64,000 nucleotides of DNA. It comes from a bacterium (lineage in GTDB: Bacteria; Patescibacteriota; Minisyncoccia; UBA6257; WO2-44-18). Of this stretch, positions 56,292-64,000 are shown piece by piece. The stretch is taken from assembly GCA_030646995.1 (NCBI GenBank), contig JAUSKF010000006.1:8624-72623 (forward strand), given 5' to 3'. The notes beneath the pieces are model-generated. The model did not search any database. It was not told where the DNA came from and saw only the letters and a program-made list of their open reading frames with translations. The position numbers were made by a program, and so were the translations under genes. Each line of letters opens with the position of its first letter. Position 1 is the first letter of the stretch.

Positions 56292-57757
56292 TTCAAGAAT
56301 ATTTTTCCGCATCAGCCGAGAAATTTCCGGATAAGATTGCGGTTAACTGGAAAGATCAAAATATTACTTTTGCGGAATTAGAGAGCCGGAGTAATCAGCT
56401 GGCTTTCGCTCTCAAAGGATTAGGGGTGAAGCGAGGAGATCGCATAGCTTTTTGTCTTCAAAAATCTCCCAAAGCAATTCAAGTAATTCTCGGAATTTTG
56501 AAGGTAGATGCGGCCTATGTACCTTTGAATCCCAGAGCTCCGGAAGCAAGGATCGCGCAAATGATTAACGACGCGCAGCCATCGGTTGTGATTTGCGAAC
56601 GGGCTACTAAGGCTTTGGTGAAAAGTGGCAAGGTTTTTGATTTGGACGAAAAGGCAGAAATGCTAGCAGATATGCCGGTCAGTGCGATGCATTGCAAAAA
56701 TACCTCCGTTGATCTTGCCTACATCCTTTACACTTCCGGCTCTACTGGTATTCCTAAGGGCGTAATGATTACGCATGGCAATATTATCAACGCAACCGAT
56801 TGGGCAGTAGAAGAATTTGGTATTAGCGAAAAAGATAGGATGTCTCAGCATCCGCCGTTGCACTTTGACCTCTCCACTTTTGATCTTTATTGCGCTTTTA
56901 AGGCAGGAGCGACTTTGTATTTGGTGCCGGAGGAGTTATCCTTATTCCCGGGCCAGCTTCTGAAATTTATTGAAGAGAGTAAATTAACTATTTGGAATTC
57001 TGTGCCATCAGTTTTAGTTTATCTTTGGAACTCGGGTTTAATTAAAGAGGATCGTTTATCACTGGTACGGAAATTTTTCTTCAATGGCGAAGGATTTCCG
57101 ACCCGATTTTTGGCCGAGTGGATGAAAACTTTTCCGAAAAAAGAATTCGTGAATATGTATGGGCCGACCGAGACGACCGTTCAGTGTACTTTCTATCGGA
57201 TACCAGAGGCGCCGACCGATCTGACCAAGTTGGTGCCTATCGGCAAGGCCTGTCGCAATGTGGAAGTTTTTCTTGTGGATGGAGAATTGTGTGTTGCCGG
57301 CGACGGCGTGGGGCTGGGGTATTGGAATAACCCCGAAAAGACAGCAGTCTCATTTGTGGATATTACGGGCAAGGGGCGAGTCTATAAAACCGGAGATTCG
57401 GGTCGGTTACTTCCGGATGGCAACTATGAATTTATCGGGCGGAAGGATTTTCAGGTAAAAATAATGGGCAATCGGATAGAATTGGGCGATGTGGAGGCGG
57501 CTTTGTTAGCTTTGCCATATATCGAAGACGCTGCAGCGGTTGCGATAGACGCGTCCGCAACAGGAGGGCAGGAGCTTATCGGTTTTGTGAAGTTGAAAGA
57601 AGCGAAGGAGGAATTGATGATCAAAATAGATTTGGCAAAACTTATTCCGCAATATATGGTTCCGGCAAAGATAGTAGTGCGTCCTCTTTTGCCCCGTACC
57701 AGCACCGGGAAGGTGGATCGTAATGCTTTAAAATCAGACTATGGAGATAAAAAATAA
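56279..57757 (+). CDS. Stand-alone adenylation (AMP-binding) enzyme, DltA-like carrier-protein ligase
   Basis: A3 YILYTSGSTGIPKGV, A5 YGPTETTV, A7 YKTGDSGRL, A8 GRKDFQVKIMGNRIELGDVE, A10 PRTSTGKVDRNAL. About 490 aa with no condensation domain. Confidence 0.75.
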   Translation: MVKLIQEYFSASAEKFPDKIAVNWKDQNITFAELESRSNQLAFALKGLGVKRGDRIAFCLQKSPKAIQVILGILKVDAAYVPLNPRAPEARIAQMINDAQPSVVICERATKALVKSGKVFDLDEKAEMLADMPVSAMHCKNTSVDLAYILYTSGSTGIPKGVMITHGNIINATDWAVEEFGISEKDRMSQHPPLHFDLSTFDLYCAFKAGATLYLVPEELSLFPGQLLKFIEESKLTIWNSVPSVLVYLWNSGLIKEDRLSLVRKFFFNGEGFPTRFLAEWMKTFPKKEFVNMYGPTETTVQCTFYRIPEAPTDLTKLVPIGKACRNVEVFLVDGELCVAGDGVGLGYWNNPEKTAVSFVDITGKGRVYKTGDSGRLLPDGNYEFIGRKDFQVKIMGNRIELGDVEAALLALPYIEDAAAVAIDASATGGQELIGFVKLKEAKEELMIKIDLAKLIPQYMVPAKIVVRPLLPRTSTGKVDRNALKSDYGDKK

Positions 57758-57962
57758 AGTTCGGGAATTTCTTAAAACAGAAACTCAAAAAGAAATTACC
57801 AACGATTCGGAGAATCTGATTACTTCCGGAGTGCTCGATTCTTTTTCGATGATTAAATTGATTACTTTTATTGAGAGCGAGCTAAAGATCAAGGTGGATA
57901 TGGAAAAATTATCTGCGGAAAATTTTAATTCCATCGAGAAGATAGATGAATTTCTTCGGTAA
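57741..57962 (+). CDS. Acyl/aminoacyl carrier protein (DltC-like)
   Basis: 73 aa with GVLDSFSMIKLITFIE; the Ser in the LDS motif is the phosphopantetheine attachment site. Overlaps the adenylating enzyme gene by 17 nt. Confidence 0.6.
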   Translation: MEIKNKVREFLKTETQKEITNDSENLITSGVLDSFSMIKLITFIESELKIKVDMEKLSAENFNSIEKIDEFLR

Positions 57963-58004
57963 ATAGGCTTGCCAAAAGCAGTAAATTCTCGTATATTTTT
58001 TATT

Positions 58005-59012
58005 ATGAAAAAGGCGCTTATTACTGGAATCGCCGGCCAAGACGGAAGCCATTTGGCAGAGCTTTTACTCGGAAAGGGATATGAGGTTCACGGAGTCATC
58101 CGACGTTCTTCCAGCTTCAATACCGCCCGCATCGCCCATCTTTTTAGCGATATTCATGAGCCCAACCAACGGCTCCATCTCCACTATGGAGATCTCTCTG
58201 ATGCGGCGATGATTCGTAAAATTATTTATAAGATATCCCCGGATGAGATATATAATTTGGGCGCTCAATCGCATGTGCGGGTGTCGTTCGATATTCCGGA
58301 GTACACCGCTGACATTACCGGTTTGGGCGCGCTTCGGGTTTTGGATGCAATTAAGGATTTTCAGGAACACACAGGCAAGAAAGTAAAATATTATCAGGCA
58401 TCTTCTTCGGAGATGTTTGGGGCTGCTGTTCCGCCGCAGAATGAAGAAACGCCGTTTTGGCCAAGAAGTCCGTATGGCGTGGCCAAGACCTTCGCCTATT
58501 ATACAACTAAGAATTATCGGGAGGCCTACGGAATTTTCGCAGTGAACGGAATTTTATTTAATCATGAAGGTCCGCGCCGTGGAGAGACGTTTGTGACCCG
58601 GAAAATTTCCCGAGGAGTTGCCAGAATTAAAGCCGGATTGGATAAGAAAATTTATCTGGGATATTTAGATTCGCGGAGAGATTGGGGGTATGCTCCGGAA
58701 TACGTAGAGGCCATGTGGATGATGCTTCAGCAGGACAAGCCGGAGGATTATGTTATCGGTACCGGAGAATCCCATTCAATTCGGGACTTTTTGGATGTTG
58801 CGTTCGCTCATGCCGGATTAGGAGATTGGAAGCCCTATGTGGAAATCGATCCTCGCTACCATCGTCCAGCGGAGGTAGAGAATCTGGTCGCCGATACTCG
58901 GAAGGCCAAAGAAAAACTCGGATGGGTCGCCAAGACTAAATTCCATGATTTAGTGAAGATAATGGTGGACGCTGACATTAAAGCGATATGCCCAGACAAA
59001 TTAGAAAAATAG
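58005..59012 (+). CDS. gmd: GDP-mannose 4,6-dehydratase
   Basis: [34 protein letters not shown], catalytic [18 protein letters not shown]. Start at the ATG at 58005. Confidence 0.85.
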   Translation: MKKALITGIAGQDGSHLAELLLGKGYEVHGVIRRSSSFNTARIAHLFSDIHEPNQRLHLHYGDLSDAAMIRKIIYKISPDEIYNLGAQSHVRVSFDIPEYTADITGLGALRVLDAIKDFQEHTGKKVKYYQASSSEMFGAAVPPQNEETPFWPRSPYGVAKTFAYYTTKNYREAYGIFAVNGILFNHEGPRRGETFVTRKISRGVARIKAGLDKKIYLGYLDSRRDWGYAPEYVEAMWMMLQQDKPEDYVIGTGESHSIRDFLDVAFAHAGLGDWKPYVEIDPRYHRPAEVENLVADTRKAKEKLGWVAKTKFHDLVKIMVDADIKAICPDKLEK

Positions 59013-60190
59013 GGGTTGGCACGGTGAAGATATCGCCGCTTGCCAAAAAATACGTCAACGAAGCTTTGGATAATCACAGGCTTTCTTATGGGCCGTTTTT
59101 ACGCAGATTTGAAAATGAATTCGCTAAGTTGCATGCGAGAAAATATGCGATCAGTTGCAATAGTGGCACCGGAGCCTTGCAGATCGCAATCGGGGCCTTG
59201 AAAGAAGTTCACAATTGGAAAGATGGAGACGAGGTGATCGTGCCGGCGCTGACTTTTATCGCCACTTCTAATGTGGTTATTCAAAATGGACTGAAGCCGA
59301 TCTTCGTGGATATCGATCCAGTTACCTATAATATCGACCCTTCGAAAATAGAGGAGAAGATCACCAAGCGCACCCGGGCGATCATGCCGGTCCATCTTTT
59401 CGGTCTTTCTTCCGATATGGAAGCCGTGATGAAGATTGCAAAGAAATATAAATTGAAAGTAGTGGAGGATTCTTGTGAGTCCATGTTCGCTGATCATAAG
59501 GGAATGCCTGTGGGTTCTCGGGGAGATATTTCCTGCTTCTCTACTTATGCCGCCCATCTTGTGGTCACCGGCGTCGGCGGTTTGTCGCTGACCAACAATC
59601 CGAAGTACGCCGTGGTGATGAAAAGCATGATGAATCATGGCCGTGATTCTATTTATATGAATATTGACGACGATGATAAGCTGACTGACGATCGATCAAT
59701 TTTTAAAATGGCCGACCGGCGTTTTTCTTTCGTTAGAATGGGTTACAGCCTTCGCCTAACAGAGCTGGAGGGCGCGCTTGGCGTTGCGGAGCTGGAAAAT
59801 CGGCACAGTAATCTGAAAAATCGTTCGATTAACGCCGACTACTTACTCAAAGGACTCTCGAAATTTTCCAATTTGATCCAGCTTCCTTCCTGGCCGAAGC
59901 ATTCCGAACACGCCTTTATGATGTTCCCGATAGTGGTGAAGGATAAGCAAATCAGCAGGGATAAGTTGATTACTTATCTAGAAAAGAACGGTGTTGAGAC
60001 GCGCTACATGCTTCCTTTGTTGAATCAGCCCTATTACAAAAAGATCTTTGGTGATATCGAGAAAAATTATCCGGTGGCCCAATGGATCAATAATAATGGT
60101 TTTTATATCGGTTGCCATCAGAATCTTTCCCGCAAAGATCTGGATTACGTCATCGAAGTTTTCTCTGATTTTCTTAAAAAATGGATCTAA
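58988..60190 (+). CDS. DegT/DnrJ/EryC1/StrS-family sugar aminotransferase (GDP-perosamine synthetase-like)
   Basis: [26 protein letters not shown]; sits immediately after gmd. Confidence 0.75.
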   Translation: MPRQIRKIGVGTVKISPLAKKYVNEALDNHRLSYGPFLRRFENEFAKLHARKYAISCNSGTGALQIAIGALKEVHNWKDGDEVIVPALTFIATSNVVIQNGLKPIFVDIDPVTYNIDPSKIEEKITKRTRAIMPVHLFGLSSDMEAVMKIAKKYKLKVVEDSCESMFADHKGMPVGSRGDISCFSTYAAHLVVTGVGGLSLTNNPKYAVVMKSMMNHGRDSIYMNIDDDDKLTDDRSIFKMADRRFSFVRMGYSLRLTELEGALGVAELENRHSNLKNRSINADYLLKGLSKFSNLIQLPSWPKHSEHAFMMFPIVVKDKQISRDKLITYLEKNGVETRYMLPLLNQPYYKKIFGDIEKNYPVAQWINNNGFYIGCHQNLSRKDLDYVIEVFSDFLKKWI

Positions 60191-61116
60191 GTAAAAAAAA
60201 TATACTTATTACCGGCGGAGCCGGTTTTTTGGGCCGTAGGGTTTTTGACAAGTTGGTTGAGCGCGGCGTGCCGGCTGAGAAGATTTCCGTTACTCGGTCA
60301 AAAGAGTACGATCTGCGTGATGCCGCGGCCTGCAAAGAGGTCGTTAAGGGGAGGGATATCGTTATTCATCTGGCGGCCATCGTCGGCGGTATCGGCTACA
60401 ATCGTAAGCATCCCGGAGTGGCATTTTACGACAATGCGGCGATGGGGATGAATATTTTGGAGGCCTTTCGGTTGGCGGGTGGAGAAAAATTTGTGGGAGT
60501 TGGCAGTGTCTGCTCCTATCCGAAGTTTGCCCCGGTACCTTTTCAGGAAAAAGATCTATGGAACGGTTATCCGGAGGAAACCAATGCTTCTTATGGTCTC
60601 GCTAAGAAAATGATGTTAGTGCAATCGCAAGCCTATCGGCAAGAATATGGGACTAATGCCGTCCACCTTTTAATGGTGAATCTCTATGGCCCCGGTGACA
60701 ATTTTGACCCGGAGAATTCTCATGTAGTCCCGGCTCTGATTCGAAAGGTGGCGGAGGCAAAAAAGGAGGGTCGCCCATTCATAGAAGCTTGGGGCACCGG
60801 CTCTGCCACCCGTGAGTTTCTATACGTTGATGATGCTGCCGAAGCGATTGTGCTGGCGGCAGAAAAATATGACAAAGGTGAGCCAGTAAATATCGGCTCC
60901 GGTCAGGAGATGAGCATTAAAGACCTGATGGTTACTATCTGTCGGTTGATGGATTATAATGGAGAAATCCGTTGGGATAGTTCTAGGCCCGATGGCCAAC
61001 CTCGCCGCTGTTTGGATGTCGGTTTAGCTGAAAAAGAATTTGGTTTTCGGGCCAAGACTTCCATGGAAGAGGGGTTTCGTAAAACTATTAATTGGTTTTT
61101 GGAAAATCATAAATAA
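60181..61116 (+). CDS. fcl: GDP-L-fucose synthase-like 3,5-epimerase/4-reductase (Fcl/WcaG family)
   Basis: ILITGGAGFLGRRV, SVCSYPKFAPVPFQE, YGLAKKM, NLYGPGDNFDPENSHVVPALIRK. Confidence 0.8.
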   Translation: MDLSKKNILITGGAGFLGRRVFDKLVERGVPAEKISVTRSKEYDLRDAAACKEVVKGRDIVIHLAAIVGGIGYNRKHPGVAFYDNAAMGMNILEAFRLAGGEKFVGVGSVCSYPKFAPVPFQEKDLWNGYPEETNASYGLAKKMMLVQSQAYRQEYGTNAVHLLMVNLYGPGDNFDPENSHVVPALIRKVAEAKKEGRPFIEAWGTGSATREFLYVDDAAEAIVLAAEKYDKGEPVNIGSGQEMSIKDLMVTICRLMDYNGEIRWDSSRPDGQPRRCLDVGLAEKEFGFRAKTSMEEGFRKTINWFLENHK

Positions 61117-63629
61117 TGAAATTAGCGCTCTGCTTTTTAACTTATAACGAAGCGGAATGTTTGAAGAAAATTTTACCTGGCCTCGATACTTCAATGTTCG
61201 ATGAGGTTTTTGCTGTTGATGGCGGTTCTACCGATGGCACTTTGGATATCTACCAGCAGAAGAATATCCGGGTTATTCCGCAGAAGTCTCGGGGTCGTGG
61301 CGAGGCGTTTAAGTTGGCGGAAAAATCTACCGACGCGGATGCTGTCGTGTATTTTAGCCCGGACGGCAATGAAGACTCGGCCGATTTTCCTAAATTTAGA
61401 ATTTTGTTGGAGCAAGGAGCGGACATCGTGATTGCCTCTAGGATGATGAGGGGGGCTATAAATGAAGAAGATATTTCCTGGTGGCGGCCGCGCAAGTGGG
61501 TAAACAATGCCTTTAATTTGGCTGCCAATATTTTATGGAATCGTTCGGGAAAATATATTACCGACTCTATCAACGGTTTCCGGGCTCTGCGTCGGGGAAT
61601 TATTGAGAGGCTTGGTCAGGACGCCATCGGATACACTATTGAATATCAAAATACGATTCGGGCAATGAAAGCCGGTTTGAAGATCGTGGAATTTCCGACT
61701 CATGAAGGTCAGCGCCTTGCCGGTGGAACCCAGGCGCAGTCCTTGAAAGTTGGGCTGCAATTCGTCAAATGTCTTTTTCGGGAAATCGGATTAAGTTTTT
61801 CAAAAAATAGGTTCCTTTTGTTACTAGCTGCGAGCGCGGTTTTTGTTGGGTTGGTTTATGTTCTCCCGCCACTTCTAATCGAGAGAAAAATATTGAGTCA
61901 GGGGGATTCTTTTTTATTAGTCCAGCCGGAAACTTATCGGGATGAGTTTTTCAGCTATGTTCCGCGTGATCGGGAGGTTTTCGACGGGCACTTCCCGGCG
62001 GCGGGCCCCTACGCGAACGATAATCCGCAAACGCTGATGAATCAGTTCCCGCCATTGATATTCTCCGCCTTCATTTATTTGTTTGGCGGTAATGTAGAGT
62101 CCGGATATCTTGCTTTGCAATTTGTTTTTTCCGCCCTGGCTTTTTTGTTATTTTTTTCCCTAGGATCGGCAATGATGAAGTCGCGGTTGTGGGGAGTTCT
62201 GCTGGGTTTTATTGGAGTTTTCACCTATCTTGCCCAACAGATATTTTATTATGCTTATCGCAATCCGCTTGCTATCTACTTCAATAATTTCATTCCGTTC
62301 GTCCGGACGCCGATCTCGAAAATGCCGCTTGCGCGTATTGAAGACCCGCTGATCACCCTCCCTGTTTTTCTAGCCGTGCTTATCGCCTTCTATTCTTTTT
62401 GGAATAAACCCAGACGTTCTACTGCGATTATTACCGCCCTGCTTTCTGGATTGCTGGCCTACACCTATCTTCATCATTGGCTTATGATGATGGTCATCAT
62501 CGGATCAGTTTTTATTCTGGTTCTGCTGACGCGTCGCCACGACAAGGCCTTGATCAAAAATTTCTTGATTTTATTCTCCGTCGCTGGGGTAGTAGTTTTG
62601 CCATATTTGATAAATAATTTTTCTTTCCTGGCCACCCATGGAAAAGACTTTGCTTTGCGTTTGGGATTGGAGCAGGGCCGAGGTCATATTTGGCAGATGA
62701 TCTTTGAAACCCCGATCGTTTTCGACCATATCATCTACTCAATCCTTTTCGCCGTAGTTTATCTGGTTTATTTCCGCTGGCGCCCTGATAGAAAAAAAGG
62801 GCTTTTTATGGCCGGCCTTACCTTATCAATGTTCTTGGTTTGGCAGATACCGTTGATTTTGGGATCTTTTCCTCAGATCTCGCATTTTATAAAATCGGTA
62901 AGTTTAGTAGCTTTGTTGATCATCGTAAATCTCATTTATGACGTGCTGGTTGGATTGGGTAAACGGGGAAGATTGGCGGCCTTGGCGTTGGGTATTTCTT
63001 TAATCGCTGGCCTAGCAGGCAAAAAATTAGTGAATACTTTGATATTCATCAACCCGCCCGCAGGCATCGTGAAAGAGTATAGTTTTCCTAAAGAAATGTT
63101 GGATTCCTGGAGTTGGATAGATGCTAATTTGGGCAAAGAGCCGAAGATCGTTTCTTCATCTTTAGTGACCTCGCTTTATCTTGCCGGTAACACCAAGGCG
63201 CGCCCTTATCTTCCGACCGGATTTATTTCGGCTTTACCAACGACCGAATTGGAGAAAAGATTTATGTTGGTGAATAAATTATTTGGAGTTACTCCGGAGA
63301 TGTTGAGTCGGAGGATAAAAGATTTTGACGATGATTTTAGTGACATCTGCGCCGGAGAAGAGTGCTTTAAGGCCTCGCATTTTAATTTTACAAAAAACCG
63401 ATGGTACTTGGCTGAGCATGGTTGGTATATGACAGAGATGGCTTCTAGTCCGGAAAAGGCGATTGCGGGGTACCGGAAAATGAAGGCCTCTTGGAAAGAC
63501 ACTAACGCTGACTATGTTTATTATGGCCCCTGGGAAAAACAGTTTGGCGCTGCCCGTCTTTCGAGCGACCCCAATCTTAAGCAGGTCTTCAAAAATTCTT
63601 TGGTAGAGATATATCAGATCCAGAGATAG
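61116..63629 (+). CDS. Fusion protein: N-terminal GT2 (DPM1/ArnC-like polyprenyl-phosphate glycosyltransferase) plus C-terminal ~600-aa GT-C-like polytopic membrane domain
   Basis: GT2 domain KLALCFLTYNEAECL…FAVDGGSTDGT…; multi-TM C-terminal domain homologous to the ORF at 43097..44929. 837 aa. Confidence 0.7.
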   Translation: MKLALCFLTYNEAECLKKILPGLDTSMFDEVFAVDGGSTDGTLDIYQQKNIRVIPQKSRGRGEAFKLAEKSTDADAVVYFSPDGNEDSADFPKFRILLEQGADIVIASRMMRGAINEEDISWWRPRKWVNNAFNLAANILWNRSGKYITDSINGFRALRRGIIERLGQDAIGYTIEYQNTIRAMKAGLKIVEFPTHEGQRLAGGTQAQSLKVGLQFVKCLFREIGLSFSKNRFLLLLAASAVFVGLVYVLPPLLIERKILSQGDSFLLVQPETYRDEFFSYVPRDREVFDGHFPAAGPYANDNPQTLMNQFPPLIFSAFIYLFGGNVESGYLALQFVFSALAFLLFFSLGSAMMKSRLWGVLLGFIGVFTYLAQQIFYYAYRNPLAIYFNNFIPFVRTPISKMPLARIEDPLITLPVFLAVLIAFYSFWNKPRRSTAIITALLSGLLAYTYLHHWLMMMVIIGSVFILVLLTRRHDKALIKNFLILFSVAGVVVLPYLINNFSFLATHGKDFALRLGLEQGRGHIWQMIFETPIVFDHIIYSILFAVVYLVYFRWRPDRKKGLFMAGLTLSMFLVWQIPLILGSFPQISHFIKSVSLVALLIIVNLIYDVLVGLGKRGRLAALALGISLIAGLAGKKLVNTLIFINPPAGIVKEYSFPKEMLDSWSWIDANLGKEPKIVSSSLVTSLYLAGNTKARPYLPTGFISALPTTELEKRFMLVNKLFGVTPEMLSRRIKDFDDDFSDICAGEECFKASHFNFTKNRWYLAEHGWYMTEMASSPEKAIAGYRKMKASWKDTNADYVYYGPWEKQFGAARLSSDPNLKQVFKNSLVEIYQIQR

Positions 63630-63674
63630 CTTCTTGATTCACTAGTGATTCTATGATTAAATCTTTGTATTATG

Positions 63675-64000
63675 GAAAAAGTTGGGTGCGAGGTCTGCGC
63701 TTTTCGTAATCCCAGGGCGACGGTCACGGCTTTGATTTTGAAAGATAAAAAAGTTCTTTTGGCGAAGCGCACACAGGAACCCTTCTTGGGCTGGTGGGAT
63801 CTAATAGGCGGGTATATGAGTGAGCAAGAAGTTCCTGAGGACGCCCTGCGAAGAGAAATCAAGGAAGAGTTGTCTATAGATTGTGGTAAAATGGAACTTG
63901 TCGGATTTTTCCCCGGTTACGCGGAATGGAAGGGGGTAAGTAATCCGATTCTTTCTATCGTATATCGAACTGATTTATCTGATCAGAAAATTAATTTAAG
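63675..64000 (+). CDS. NUDIX hydrolase (5' part; continues beyond the window)
   Basis: Nudix box GGYMSEQEVPEDALRREIKEELS (GX5EX7REUXEEXGU); N-terminal CEVC zinc-ribbon-like Cys pair; no stop before the window end. Confidence 0.6.

Noticed and set aside
63614-63862. 82-aa minus-strand ORF at the 3' edge
   Set aside because: It overlaps the start of a plus-strand NUDIX hydrolase gene with a clear Nudix box, so it is a shadow ORF.
1-64000. Mobile element, integrase, transposase or CRISPR array that would make the glycan region a mobile island
   Set aside because: I found no recombinase or transposase signatures, no terminal inverted repeats and no repeat-spacer arrays. The only tandem repeats are short (9 to 14 bp). 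The locus looks chromosomal.

Overview
This window looks like a compact, gene-dense bacterial chromosome segment of about 45% GC, with short or overlapping intergenic spacers, several TTG starts and several convergent genes that share their 3' ends. I read this as a Candidate Phyla Radiation (Patescibacteria)-like genome, but that is inference from gene content and architecture only. About 80% of the window is a very large cell-surface glycopolymer biosynthesis super-cluster, with a few housekeeping genes embedded in it. Those are ClpB, a cysteine desulfurase, GalU, and a SerA-like / GlyA / FolD one-carbon trio plus a second, degenerate FolD paralog at the 5' edge. I can support the following content:
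- A 1250-aa secreted protein with a peptidoglycan-binding domain, probably the main surface-layer or wall protein, with distinct C/T-ending codon usage and a strong terminator.
- At least 7 GT4 glycosyltransferase domains, 2 GT2 enzymes, and one GT2 fused to a large GT-C-like membrane domain with a stand-alone paralog.
- Five paralogs of a roughly 450-aa TagB/TagF-like (CDP-glycerol glycerophosphotransferase family) protein, three of them in tandem.
- Two polysaccharide deacetylase paralogs, two SAM methyltransferases and a Wzx-like flippase.
- A UDP-sulfoquinovose synthase (SQD1/SqdB) homolog.
- A cobalamin-binding radical SAM enzyme and a radical SAM/SPASM protein paired with a Gfo/Idh/MocA oxidoreductase.
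- A NeuC-like hydrolysing 2-epimerase with a NeuA-like cytidylyltransferase.
- Glucose-1-phosphate cytidylyltransferase, an RfbH-like PMP enzyme and a TPP enzyme, which together hint at CDP-dideoxy or branched sugars.
- Gmd, a perosamine-synthetase-like DegT enzyme and Fcl, sitting next to a holo-ACP synthase, a DltA-like adenylating enzyme and a DltC-like carrier protein.
I saw no rRNA, tRNA, CRISPR array, transposase or integrase. The last feature is a NUDIX hydrolase gene truncated by the window edge.
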